Assembly (NCBI RefSeq): GCF_009914755.1
Contig: NC_060934.1
DNA length: 64,000 nucleotides
Source: the human T2T-CHM13v2.0 reference genome, Homo sapiens
Direction: 5' to 3' (one strand)
A program made the translations under genes and the position numbers. This document shows, in pieces, positions 50,446 to 64,000 of the stretch. The notes below the pieces were generated by a model that searched no databases, was not told the origin of the DNA, and was given only the letters and a program-made list of their open reading frames with translations. Each line of letters starts with the position of its first letter. Positions within the stretch are counted from its first letter, which is position 1.

Positions 50446-52203
50446 GGGGTGAGGGAGGAAGTAGAAGAAGGAGGCATTTTCCCTGGAAACATGCAAACGT
50501 CCCGCCGTGGGGCACGAGCTCTCTGAGTTCTTGGAATGATTCTGACGTCCATCGTAGCAGATAAGTGAAGTTGTCCTCATCCGGAAATAGAGAGAGAGGG
50601 ATTGCTTTGACATAAAGCTACACCACTTTGTGTATAATGTAATGAATGAATTCATAAACATTAACAAAAACCTGTTTTAAAGGAACTTATAAAACAATGA
50701 CTAGGCAAAGATCTGTAGAATGCTGTTCATGCCAGAACTCGATGTTAAAATAACAGACATCGCTTAAGAAACTTGGTATGTAAGGAAACTTCTCGGCACC
50801 CACCCCCTCGTTTCTGAAAAATTACTAGTGAGTCTTTTGACCTTTCATTTAGTCACGTGAAGTTTTCATGGGTAATTCTTTCTTTCCCTTTAAACTACAA
50901 TCAGAATCGAAACTGAAACTAAGAAAAGCTCAAGGACGTCAGTATTTGTCTTTTAAGCTGTTAACAAAAATAATAAAACTCTGAAGACTGTTGTCAAAAA
51001 ACACAATGGTGGTATGATGAAGAAAAGATTATATATGCAAAAACAGACATCAAACCTTAGTTTAGTTTCTAGTAATATAAAATACAAAAAACATATAGAG
51101 AGATTTTTAAAGGGGGGTTGGCATTCCCGTATTCACACTGTAGGTCTAAGGAACATGAATGTATTTTGAAAGAATGTCAGAATGACTTAGATATGAAGGA
51201 GACACCCACCTCTATATATTCCTAGCCCCTAAGTACCATATTTAGAAAGTAGTTAAATTCTACTGCATTTGTCTGGGAACTTCAATAGAAAAGACCCATA
51301 CAAACAAAACCGTATTCTCTTCTCAAAAAACAAAACAAGAAAGTACAAGAGCTTCCCATGAGGGTGTCTTTCAGTGCCTGAACTTGGTGTTTGATAGGAC
51401 CAGGACATGTGGAAGCTTCTGGAAGGCCTGTCCTGTTGCACTCACTCCCTCTGCACTTCCTGGGCACTGTCTGGGGTCTCTGTGCCTGTGTCCCTGTGGA
51501 CTGAGAGCTGGGCTGAGGAGGCTGTTTCCTGACAATGCTTAGGATGCCTCAGTCTCCAAGGAGAGGCTCTTCCTGAGCTTGTAGCTCAAAGATTATCTTG
51601 CTACCTGGCACTTGAGCATGGGGGGACTGACTTTGCTTCCATCCTCCCAGGCAGGTTGCCCGACCTTCCTTTGTGCCACCACAGAACTCCACATTCATCC
51701 CTAATTTGGATGTGAAAACTGCCCAGCAGGGGAATGAGCCGCCCCAGGCTGAGGGCCTTGTGATTTATCTCTGTGTTCCCAGTGCCTAAAGCAGGACCAG
51801 GCACAAAAGGGGCTCAAGTTGGTGTTGATGTGAAAGAGCCCATGAATTCATGCTTGTCCTATGAGCCAAGCCCAGGAGTTTGGTGCTGGAGTTACGTGGC
51901 CCACTGGGCCGTGTTTTCCTGTGCCTTGGGGGCTGCGTATCGAAGCCCTTGCACTTCTGGGGAGAATATCCTTCTAAGGCCATTCTCAAAGTTGAGTGCC
52001 CTCTGCAGGGGGTGCGGTGGGGGAGGCAGCGGTGGAGAAAATGAACCGGGGACCCTCCCTATCTTATCCCTCTCTTAGACACTCAAAATGCCCCTGGCAT
52101 ATTTTAGGGCTCTAAGAATTCACGAAAGTCTGCTAAACATTATTTCAGTTAGTATTTCCCATATTAATTGACCATATAGAACTGTTTAAAAAATAGACCT
52201 CTT

Positions 52204-52702
<499 letters not shown>

Positions 52703-53109
52703 CTAGCACAATGCCTAGAACACAGTAATCATGTCATATGCTACATACCAGCAGGGAACAGAGCTGCAGAAAATGCTAAAACTGATTTGATAAAAGAGGC
52801 TTTTTTTTTTAACCAGTTGTATGAAGGCCTTCAGACTGGCTGTCTGCACCTCTAAATACCTGTCATCTAGATTAGGATTTTAATATCATCTATTTAAAAA
52901 ATATTAATATGCCCACTGTTTGCTTTTCTATTATTGACTCAAGCATCAGAGCCAATTAAGAAAGGGTTCCAGACAACAGGCCCCAGCACACTCAAAAAGT
53001 AAACAACACATTCTTCTGAAATGCCATACTTTGCACTGAGCTCAGAAGAGTCCTGCAGTGAAATGTTAAAGAGTCTGATAACAGTTTGTGAGACAAACAC
53101 AGACAGGGC

Positions 53110-53365
53110 GGAGCATGCAAATCAGGACATCCATTTTTTCCCATTAGGGAGATGAGATTTTAATCTGTTTTCAAAATGATGGAGAAATGTTTGAACTTCT
53201 ACACAGAAGTAACCCTTTCCCCAGAAAAGGAGAGGGTTTTCTGCAAAATGCCACCAAAAATTATAAGCAATTCCTATTTCAAATAGTATCTGTAGAGATT
53301 TGATTTGCATCCTAAATAGGGATTTGCAGATTAGCTATTTATAGCATTCCATACACAGAATGCCA
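53110..53365. promoter_or_regulatory. Candidate distal enhancer (octamer, CArG, MEF2, MCAT)
   Basis: ATGCAAAT 53115-53122, ATTTGCAT 53303-53310, CCTAAATAGG 53311-53320, CTATTTATAG 53335-53344, CATTCC 53345-53350. Confidence 0.55.
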
Positions 53366-54193
53366 ACTGATTTTAATACCACTCCTGGGCTTTTGTAATA
53401 GGAGATGAAAGGGGAAAAAACAACTTTCCGAAACGTACAGCTTTATTTTTTCCCATTTATTTAATATTTGGAAAGATCAGCTGTATATTGCAAAAGTGGT
53501 TATTTTGTTTGAGATTAGCTTTCTTTCAGAAGTTAAATCAATTTTACTTCTGTTGTATTCAACTGCCGTGATTTAGCTGGAACATGGAAACACAGAAAAT
53601 GAAGGCGGGGAACATGCCTTCATTTGGCATCAGGCTTGGACAGAAGAGAGAGAATTTCCCATTTCCTATTGAAAGAACATCTGCATCAACATTTTCTAAA
53701 CAACACTGAGCATTACATTAAAATGATATCTTCGATGTATTGTTTCTACTTGGAGAAATTACACAGGCTACAAAAGAGTCACTTCTCCGGATGAATGACA
53801 TAATAGGGACACAGGCAATCATATCATTGTGATGACTTTTAGAATCTGTAATTTGCACCCCTCTTGTTGGTGCCCTAATGATACTGCCATGAACTTATGT
53901 AACAGCATGAAGAATTCTGGATGTTAAAAATTAAGTCTCATATTTGTTCTTATATCCAATTTAACCTGAATTAAATGTATGCTTTGGGAGAAATTGTAGT
54001 TGGAGCAGTTTTAGGTTGCTTGGGTGCATCTGAAAAGTCACGACATACCATAGAAATAAAACAGCTTCATTTTGTTTAGTAAGCACTTACTAAATGTCTG
54101 CTCAGCAAAGGTATAAGGCAATGGAAGTATGAGAATGAATTTGTAATTACAGTAAAATGACCAGACAGCCAATTTCCTCAAAAATTAAGGAAC

Positions 54194-54500
54194 GGCCGGG
54201 GGTGGTGGCTCATGCCTCTAATCCTAACACTTAAGAGGCTGAGGCAGGCAGATCGCTTGAGTCCAGGAGTTCAAGACCAGCCCTAGCAATATGTGAATCC
54301 CTGTCTCTACAAAAAATTAGCTGGACAAGATGGTGTATTCCTGCAGTCTCAGCTACTCAGGAGGCTGAGGTAGGAGGGTTTGAGCCCAGGAGACAGAGTT
54401 TGCAGTGAGCTGAGATCACACCACTGCACTCCAGCCTGGGCAACAGAGTGAAACCCTATCTCAAAAACAGCAAAAATAAAACAGAAACAGAAAAGAGAAA
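54194..54500 (+). mobile_element. AluJ-type
   Basis: Diverged Alu with J-like GATCGCTTGAGTCCAGGAG and TGAGCCCAGGAG. Confidence 0.9.
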
Positions 54501-55276
54501 GAAAGGAGTTTCATATATAACAGTTTGGTGATAGTGTCTCCATTTTCATAACTTTTATGTGAACTAATCGTTTTCCCTACAATTACTCTGTGAAGAAGTT
54601 CATGTACTATAACTCCCATTTTATGAGTGAAGAGACAGAGATTTAAATTTCAAGGTGTCCTATGGTTAATCACTTTCTTCAGGATGAAGACCACAGCCAC
54701 GTATCCTGTCTTTTTGTTCAGTGCTTTAACTTTATTCAACGGTAATAGCTTATGAAATGAAAGAGATGAAAATATCTTACCATTCATCAAGTGGACGAGG
54801 ATGATGTTTAAGGAAATGTAATAGACCATCACTGAAATACAAAACTCTTTCTGTCAGTATCTTTATTCTCTAAACACTGGCTAATATTGCAGAGCCTGGA
54901 GGCAAGTTTATGTCTTTCTTTTAAAGATGCTTATCAAAGTATAAAGCATTATTTGAAATCAATTGAAAGGAGATTTTTTTCTGAAGGCAGTGTCTGGCTA
55001 GTCTTGAAAAAGAGAAGACATTTTCTGAGAATCCCACTGGGAAAGACAGAATCTTTATAGAGGCAGAAAAATAAAGGTCTGTAGACAACCAGAGCTGACA
55101 TGAATGGAACAGTTTAGAAAAGACACACAACATCCCGACGGGAGGCCGCGTTCCTGGAAAGCTAGACTATCACACAGCTGGCAGGTGGAAAATAAACCCT
55201 TAGACATCTCATGCCTGTATCAGGGAGTCTGTCAGGGGGGTGGTGCCCTAAGATGTCGTGGGCACAGGTGCTGTCA

Positions 55277-55667
<391 letters not shown>

Positions 55668-58600
55668 TCAGACCAACACCTGTTCAGAAGTCCTCCTGCC
55701 CGTCCTGAACTGCTCCAGTAATCCCTCATTCAGAGGATGGGATTACAAGGATTCTTCTGAGCAGCTGCTGTGCCCCAAGGATGCTCCCAGGGCTTGTCCT
55801 GTACCCTCTGAATGGCAGTAACAGTGACACTCCAAGACCAAGAGAGAGGCCGCCCTGGTGGGGTTCCGCTTGCTCACTCGCGCGTGGTGCAGTCTGGGGC
55901 ACATTATTTATTTAAGCCATGTGAACTCCAGCTGCCAACCTAAAATGAGGATGATGCTACTATCTACTTCATGGATTATTCTGAGGACAAAAGGAGCTAA
56001 CCCACGTACAATGCACGGCTCTCCACCCAGGACTAAGAAAGGTTCACTGCAGTGGCTTCTGTTTTTGATGCTGTATCAGTAAGTCATCAGTTTAATGAAA
56101 TGAGGTAAGTACTACATCACCCTCAGTCCAGGGAAAACTAAGTGTCTTATCCAAGGATGTACGTCTGCAGGAGGGTAGCAGGGGAGAATGGGGCCGGCTG
56201 GATCCCTAGTAGTTTCTGAGATCCAAAGACGGTTTCTAGAGTAGCTCTTGAGGACAACCAGCTGTCATACAATACGTACTCATAGGAAAGGCTTTGAGAA
56301 GGATTAAATGCATCTGTGTTTGAATTTTGTGTATCCCTCCTCCTCAGCAACACCTGATCCCTCTGTCTGAGACACATGGATGAGATTCCTGAGAAGGAAG
56401 CTGGGCGGTTGTTTCTTGGTTTGGAGCAGAGGAGGAAGTGTTACATATGGTGTTGAGATGCTGGCACTGGATCTCACCCTTCCTCTGTATGACTGTCCTT
56501 CATGTGATAGGACCACACTTGTCACCGTCCTACCTACATCCCAGCGCCAGTCTCCACCTCATCCAGAGGCGGTTAATAAATGCTCCCTCAATGGATGTCA
56601 AACAAGTTTTCATTATGTGTAAGAACGATTTCTAAAACCAGGTCTTATTGTCCCCTTGACTGTGGTCAAAAAATGTTTAGAATTATAGATAGATAGTCAC
56701 AAAACATTGAAATCCCTATGGTGAAATTATCATCAGCTCTATTTTATATTAGGTTGCCAATTTCTGCAGACTAGATTATTATCTTGTGTAGGGAAGCCAC
56801 TGGGTTTATTCATCTTTGTTTCAGTAAATGTGCATATCACCCAGTTCTTTTTCATTTGCCGCCTCAGAAAACATTCTTGCTATTGGATTAAATTTAAAAA
56901 GATTAAGTAATAATTTAAAGATTACTAAAAAATATCATGATTTATAGTCTTTGAAGAAAATGAAGAAGGTCAAAAGTTTAAGAGACCTCAGTGAAGTTGT
57001 ACAGAATTGCAAAACAATTAGTATATTTACTCAACAGTTTTCAGCAATATGTACTAAATTGGTTGAATTAATGATGGCATTTAATATTAAACACATTTTA
57101 ACTTTTTTATTCTAATTAATAAAACTTTGAGCTAAAGGTATCTTAAATATCTGTTATATTGAACTGAAAATTGCCCATGATATGGGCATAAAATGTCTTA
57201 CATATATTCCTCTTATAAATGTTTTATATACTTAAGAAAATTGTATTCTATACACATATAATTGAATCTTTGTTAGTTATTCTAACATCAGTTATACATC
57301 TGTAAAACTGATTTTTAAACTTGTTCAAATTAATAATTTCCAACTGTTTGTTAAATCTCTTAAAATTGTATTAAGTCTGCTGATAACTGTTAATAGCAAT
57401 GTAAATAGACTGACCTATTGAGTAATATTAAACCATTTGTTTAAATTTTTCCTCTATGAGGGATTTGAAAACTACACCAACTTTACTGTTACTTCCTTCT
57501 GAGAAAAACAAAATTTAAATAAACAATTCCCTGCTCCTTCCTCCAGTACATAAAATATATACAGGTTTTTTTAAAAAATCAAACTACTTTCTGAATTTTC
57601 AAGTCATTTTTTGAGATTGTTCCGTTGTTGAATTATGATTTTTAATTAAAAAGAAACTAGTCGCTTAATGAGTTAGCTGCTTGTCAAAGGCAGACAGAAG
57701 TTCTGTCAACCGTTTCCAGCAGGAGTCGATTTCACAGCCAACGACAATCAGCAGAAGCAAGTTTACAAATTACAGGCTGAGGACAATGGGGCAGAGATAA
57801 GCTACTCTATTAAAAGCAGGAAAACACAGAGGCCCCACTCTGCTTGCTTCGCAGGACTTCCCCATGGAAGTTCCTGCTTTGCAGCTTAGTATTCCCCTCG
57901 AAGCATGGGTGCTGTTGCTAACAACACAGCAGTGGCTGGACTTGCTACTGATGCTCTCTTAGGGCATCCTGGTTGGTTCAGTGTATATCGCAGACCCCAT
58001 ATATCTTTAAAAGTTATGGGACTCATAGATGTTTAAATCTGTGCCACAGAATTCCAACATGCCAGCTACTCTCTCATCAATACAAGTCAACAACAGCATG
58101 GCACTGTCTTTTTTCTCCCCAATTTGTATAGATTATAGTGTGGCCTCAGTTTTTTTTCTTGTATTCCTGCTATACCTAAATACTTTCTGGAAAACTCATA
58201 CTTAATTTTAAAGGTATTTATGATCATATGCATTTGTATCTCTAGCTCTCTTGTATTGTAAAGCATTCGTATCTAGAGCTAGAGTAAATGTGAAACTGTC
58301 TGATATTTTTCACTTTGTTTTAAAACTGCATGGGTAGCAATGTCTTCAATCTTAGCTTCGTGGAAAATAGCATTTCTACATTTCCTGGATTTGATCCAAC
58401 TATTGAAATTGAAAATTGAATTGAAAATTGGAGCCACACATCTTGTCAAGTCCACCAGTGCTCACAATTGGGACTAGTGGTTTACAATTACCCAGGGGAA
58501 AATCCCACTCTAAAAGAACTCAGTCTCACCCTGACCAAATAAGGCATTCATAATGCAACACTTCTGTAATACTTATATTCACACTGAAATAAAGCTTTCA

Positions 58601-58990
58601 TTTGAGAGCCATCTTACATACACACTCATATGTTATTTGTTAATATTATTTGTATTTTTAACTGTCAAGCTAAGTAATTTAGTGCTCTTTTCTTCCCCCA
58701 GCAAAATAATACACTCACAAGACACACACATAGGCACAAATCTCACATGTAATTGAACATTTCTCTACCATTTTTGACAATGTACCAACCGTGTTTCAGC
58801 CACATGGAGTTAATGGAAGCACTGAGTTGCCAACCCAACTATTTCTAGTATTTATTGAGGGCGACACTTCCTCGGAGATGGGAAGGACTCTCAAGTCAAG
58901 GACTTGGTTCAGATCCCCGCTTCACCAGTTCATACTTCAGTTCCCTGTGCCTCAGTTTACTTATGCAAGATATGGCACCTACCTCCTGTG

Positions 58991-59228
58991 TTTCTTGTAA
59001 GGATAGAATCAGTTGATATATTGGAAACAATTAGAACAATATCTGGCATATAGTAATTGCTGTATTTGTATTGGTTTTTCATCTCCCCAAATTAAAAAAA
59101 ATAAACAAAAACTTCTAGATTTCTTGTAAGCATAGAATCAGTTAACATACTCCAAACAATTAGAACGATGTCTGGCATATAGTAATTGCTGTGTTTGTAT
59201 TGGTTTTTCATCCCCCCTCCATTAAAAA
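58991..59228 (+). repeat. ~100-bp diverged tandem duplication (period 129) of a MIR-like 3' end
   Basis: TTTCTTGTAAG(G/C)ATAGAATCAGTT...TCTGGCATATAGTAATTGCTGT(A/G)TTTGTATTGGTTTTTCATC starts at 58991 and 59120. Confidence 0.92.
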
Positions 59229-60489
59229 GAACAACTCACCATCTCACAATTATTCAGAATGGTTTAAAAATTAAATTTAAATCACATCCTTTGAAAATGT
59301 TTGTGTAACATATCTGTTCATGAGTATGTGACTGATGATGTCTTTCTGACATCTGTGCGTGGTTTCAATCATTCTTATTAGTTTAATAGTGCTCTGCAGT
59401 AATTTCTCGACACTTCTCAAACCTAAGTGATTCTCTGGGAATTTTCATCTAGCTTCTAACTCCCAGACAGCAGAATCATACGAATAATTTTGGGAGCCCC
59501 CAAAGCTATTCATTCTCTTGGTTTAAACTGGGCTAAAGAAACTCAGGGTCCAGTTCTGAGATGACACGATTTTCTAGAATGATTAATTAGTCCCCTTGGG
59601 TCAGAGCCATTTCACCCCACTTTAAACATTATTTCTTCTAAATGCAATGCATCACAAATCCTCCATGCTGCCTATTAGGTGGCTCAGAGAAGTGAGAGGG
59701 CAGATAATGCCCATTAGATGAAGTATAATGGTGACATTAGTCTGATAAGAATACATTGTGCTTCTAGAGTATTCAAAATGCTTAAATGGCATTACTATAA
59801 TTTCGTCAGCATTTACCCTAATGGACTGAGAGAATTAAAGTGCTGCAAATATGTACATTTTGTCTAACTATCGTGTGCCTTTCAGTGTATTTCTTCATTC
59901 AGCATGGATGTGCAGGCTGAGCCTGCCCTGGCCACTTGACATACAAAGCAGGATTAGTCCAGGAGAGATAAAATACGAAGAGTCGGTGCAACATAACATG
60001 AGCGGGGCTGGAATAGAAACGCTGTCCTGGGGCTGTGGGCTGCAGGAGCTGACAGTGTGTTACTGGGGTTGGATTTGCTGGGGTGGGGGTGTGGGTGGGG
60101 GTAGCCAAGGCTGCTGAAGGCGGAATGCGCAGCTGTCCTGAGGGAGGCTGAAGAGGCTTGGCACCCTCAGGGCTCTGTGTGTTTTATTGATAGGCTCAAA
60201 CCCAAGACCAGCCTAAGGAAGACAGCCCACACTAAGACTAGAGAGGCAGGATGTGGATGACCAAGGGTCATGAAAGACTGGGTTAGATCTTGAGGACAGG
60301 CAGTGTTTGCAGGATTATACACAAAGATGCAGTGTAACCCGAATGGTGTTTTAGAAAAGTGCAACGAAGATGAAAATAGCTGAAATACTGCAGCAATAGC
60401 AGCTAAATGGGTGTTAAGGAACTGGGGCACTGACTGCTTTATGCACACAAGAAGCTATGGGGCCATTAGGAGACCAGGAGAGTCTGGTC

Positions 60490-60700
60490 AGGCGCTGTCC
60501 TGAGTGCTTTACCTGACACACCTCACTTAAATCTTCATATCTGTATGAGCAAGAGGCTCTAAAACCCTTCTGTTTTACAGATGTGGAAACTGATGCCCAG
60601 CAGCAAGGCTGGGTGACTCAGGCAAGGTCACAGCCAGGGCGAGACGTAGACTCTGTCTGTAGCCTCTTCCCCCATGTGTCTAATGACAAACCCAGAGCTT
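60490..60700 (-). mobile_element. MIR
   Basis: TTTTACAGATGTGGAAACTGA...AAGGTCACAGC. Confidence 0.7.
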
Positions 60701-60785
60701 CCAAAGAACCTAACACAACCTGCTTTAGTGGGAAGAGGATCTTTCTCTGGGAAAGTGGAGAGGACGAAGGTCATTCAAGTTCAAT

Positions 60786-60915
60786 GGCCCGGCACATTCA
60801 AGTTCAAGTGGCTCACACCCGTAATCCCAGGGCTTTGGGAGGCCAAGAAGGGAGGATCACTTGAAGCCAGGAGTTTGAGACCAGCTTTAGGGACACCCAG
60901 TCTCTACAAAAAAAA
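60786..60915 (+). mobile_element. Alu monomer (FLAM / left-arm-like)
   Basis: GGCCCGGC...GTGGCTCACACCCGTAATCCCAG...TCTCTACAAAAAAA; no right arm. Confidence 0.8.
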
Positions 60916-62939
60916 ATTTTGACATTAAAAAACAATAGCCTGAATATTCCACAGGGCCAAACACCCTGGGCTTGTCATGAAAGGCAAGGCAAAGGGTTGC
61001 TCTTGTTTACCCAACCACACTCAGGTCGGTGTGGCAAGTGCACACAATACAATCCTGTTCAGGTAATTATGAGGAACCATAGATTTGATTCTGAACTTCC
61101 TTTTTTGACTAGAACAAAGAAGAAATAAGTGTAATTGTAAGAGTTCAAGAGTTCAAAACAAACCTGTTGCTCAGTAGTGTCACTAACTTTTCTTGGCTCT
61201 AAGACCCGTGAGTAGCATGTCAACGGGCCTCCGACAGCAGATGTGGGATAATAGCACAGCGCCCCCAAACACCCCCATGGGCGATGTCAGAGCAGATTGC
61301 ATGAGACACCTTGGTCTTCTTGTTTATTATATTATACTACAAACGCACACATACATATACATACATATTTTATAGTATACATATATGCATATATATGAAA
61401 GCCACAAAGACACTGATAAAGCATATCATTATGCATCATAAAAATTAGAACTTTGCCAATATTTTGAAGTCTTTAGTTTTCCCTTCCCTGATAGAGTGCC
61501 AACTTGCTAAAATTTTGTGCTTATTACTTGCTTGATTTATAAAATATTTTTATCTATTTCACAGGCATTTTTTAACAATATATTATCTACTTTTGTAAGT
61601 TTTGAACTTCATATAAATGAAATTGGTCTATTTCTACTGTTGTGTTAATTCTCTTTTCAACATTAAGATTTTCGTATTTACCTATGTTGCTGACTGTGGT
61701 AGTTCATTCATTGTCACTGCTGTATGGTATTTTGGTGTTTTAATACGGCACATTTTATTTTCCATTCTCTTGTTAATGAACAATGGCCTGTTTCTTGTGC
61801 ACCAATGTAGGCAAAGAAATAAAATCGAGCATAATTTAGTTTAAAAATGCAAAATAATATGGCTCAAATGTACAGCTTTCTGATCTTCTGTATTAAAAGT
61901 ATGGCTTAGAATATCTGGAGGGCTAGAATTACCCCATATCTTCCCAGAATTCCCAATGCATCTGCCTTTTAATAACAACCAGCAGAGAACTAGTGATTAT
62001 ATTATCTGGCAATATTAGCATGCACAAATTCTCTTTTGCTAATAAGAACTCTATTTACTTTTATGTTAGTCAAAACAGAAGGCAAGATTTATGTTTCCCT
62101 ATGAAGATGAAGAAACTGACTAGAACATTGCCTAATTGGAAGGCTATTTAATGTTCCAATGGAGAACAACCACAAACAAACAAGCAAACAAAAATGGGTG
62201 GTCCTGGCCCCAACAGTCAAGCTAGGAGGTGTATCTACAATAATCTTCATATGGATATTTTTCAAAATAGGTATTGCCAGTTCTCTCCTGCTTTCCTAAA
62301 AATGAGGACAAGATCCCTGAATCATGTACCCAGAAAATGTCGAATTGTTGGCAATACACCTGCCTCACAGGGCCCTCCAAGATGAACCAGACACAACATT
62401 TATTATTTTGTTAACTACATGTGGGACTTTTTTATGGCATTGTTGAAGAAAAGTGTTGGAGGTGGTTTGCCAGAACTAATTTTGATGATGCAGAGTAAAT
62501 CGTACTGAGTCACCCTTTTCATACTCACTAGATAGCAAGATATAACTTTCCATTGAGATCATTCCTAGTTAAAACTGTGTCACTGGAAATACAGGATGGG
62601 AAATGACGGAGAAAAATGAATGCTAAAAGCAGCAACATTGGAGGAGTTGTGTTGTGGAAGACATGGCCCAGGAAATGCCAGCGTAGAGAAGAAAAGGGTG
62701 GGGGTAGAGCCCACCCAGAGGAACATGGCAGAGAAAACACGGTTCTGGGAGTGATAATCATGAGTAGAAAGAACAGTTAACATAAAAGAGGTTCATTAGG
62801 AGCAACAGCTGAATAATGGAAAAGATTGTCAGTTAAGTTACAATAGGAAGTGATGAAGAAGTTAACTGAGTGTAGCAACCAACATAAAAGCCTGTGGGAA
62901 TTCTGGAATGGCAGAGTTGCATAATGAGATGGAGTTTTA

Positions 62940-63289
62940 GGTCAGGCGAGGTGCCTCACTCCTGTAATTCCAGCACTTTGGGAGGCCGAGGCGGGTGGAT
63001 CACTTGAGGTCAGGAGTTCGAGACTAGCCTGCCCAACATGGTAAAACTCTGTCTCTACTAAAAATACAAAAATTAGCTGGACATGGTGGTGCACACCTAT
63101 AGTCCTAGCTACTCGGGAGGCTGAGGAAGGAGAGTGATTTGAGCCTGGGAGGTGGAGGCGGAGGCGGCAGTGAGCCAAGATCACCCAGCCTGGGTGACAG
63201 AGTGAGACTCCATCTCAAAAAAAAATAATAATTTTAAAATTATTAACTATATTAATAATTATTAATCATTAATAAATAATATCAATTTA
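62940..63289 (+). mobile_element. AluS with extended AT-rich tail
   Basis: Alu body; 17-bp TSD ATAATGAGATGGAGTTT at 62921-62937 and 63290-63306. Confidence 0.93.
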
Positions 63290-64000
63290 ATAATGAGATG
63301 GAGTTTCAGAAAAATCTAATTTAACAATAATTTATAGAATGGAGCTAAATATACAGGAACATGAGACAAAAAAACAACTAAAAATCAATGCTGTAATTCA
63401 CGCACAGGGATCAAAGGGAGAAGTGGGGAGATCGAGTTCATTACAAAGTTTCAAGAATTTTTCTTAGACTCAAGCAAAAGTGTTTTTATCAGACTGAAAA
63501 ACTAAAGAATTTTCAGTTTTTAATGTTAATGAAGGACTTACTAATTTTTCTATTGATTTCTTAGAGTTGTATGATAGTTTCAGAGAAAAATAATGTTTTT
63601 TATTGTGCTTTCTACAGCAATGTTGGGATGTTTTTTGATTATCCATAAAAGTAACCAAAATTAGACATTAAAGCTCTCCAGCAGGTCTTCTGGTTCTTTT
63701 CCTAAGTGCACAGCCCTTCTTTGCTTCCAATGAAAAGTATTCCATGGTACAGTTATTTTCACATTTGGAAAGTCTTTGCTATCATCTCTTTTTTTTCTTT
63801 GTCTCCTTTTATGCCCAAGCTTTTATCATGAATTATTTTATAGAGCCAACCATACTCACCATCATCATCACCATCACTGTGACTATTTATCAGGAACCTG
63901 CACAGGGATAAGCATAGTAATAAAGGTTTTATGAAAGTTATTTTTAGTCATTTTTCTTTTCTTTTTTTAACATTTTTATTATTTTTAATTGACCTGTAAT

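Overview
Human (primate) genomic DNA from the KLF6 locus (10p15, identified from the protein sequence). KLF6 lies on the minus strand. Its four coding exons (6807-6908, 3535-4108, 2005-2128, 1438-1489) total 852 nt = 283 aa + stop, with canonical GT-AG introns; the 3' UTR covers 1-1437 and probably continues past the window edge. A CpG-island promoter spans ~6550-7830. The remaining ~56 kb is upstream non-coding sequence: Alu, L1, L2, MIR, MaLR LTR and DNA-transposon relics, three large degenerate CA/TG repeats, several minisatellites and local duplications, and TE-poor stretches with clustered SRF/MEF2/TEAD, NF-kB, ISRE and AP-1 motifs. No other protein-coding gene, structural RNA gene or CRISPR array is supported. 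Best leads: (1) an out-of-frame upstream AUG opening a spliced 90-aa ORF that overlaps KLF6; (2) the cryptic donors behind KLF6-SV1/SV2, with the SV1 stop at the NMD boundary; (3) paired CArG boxes in intron 1; (4) a compact octamer-CArG-MEF2-MCAT module ~46 kb upstream. Repeat subfamily names and motif functions are by-eye calls that need RepeatMasker or functional confirmation.
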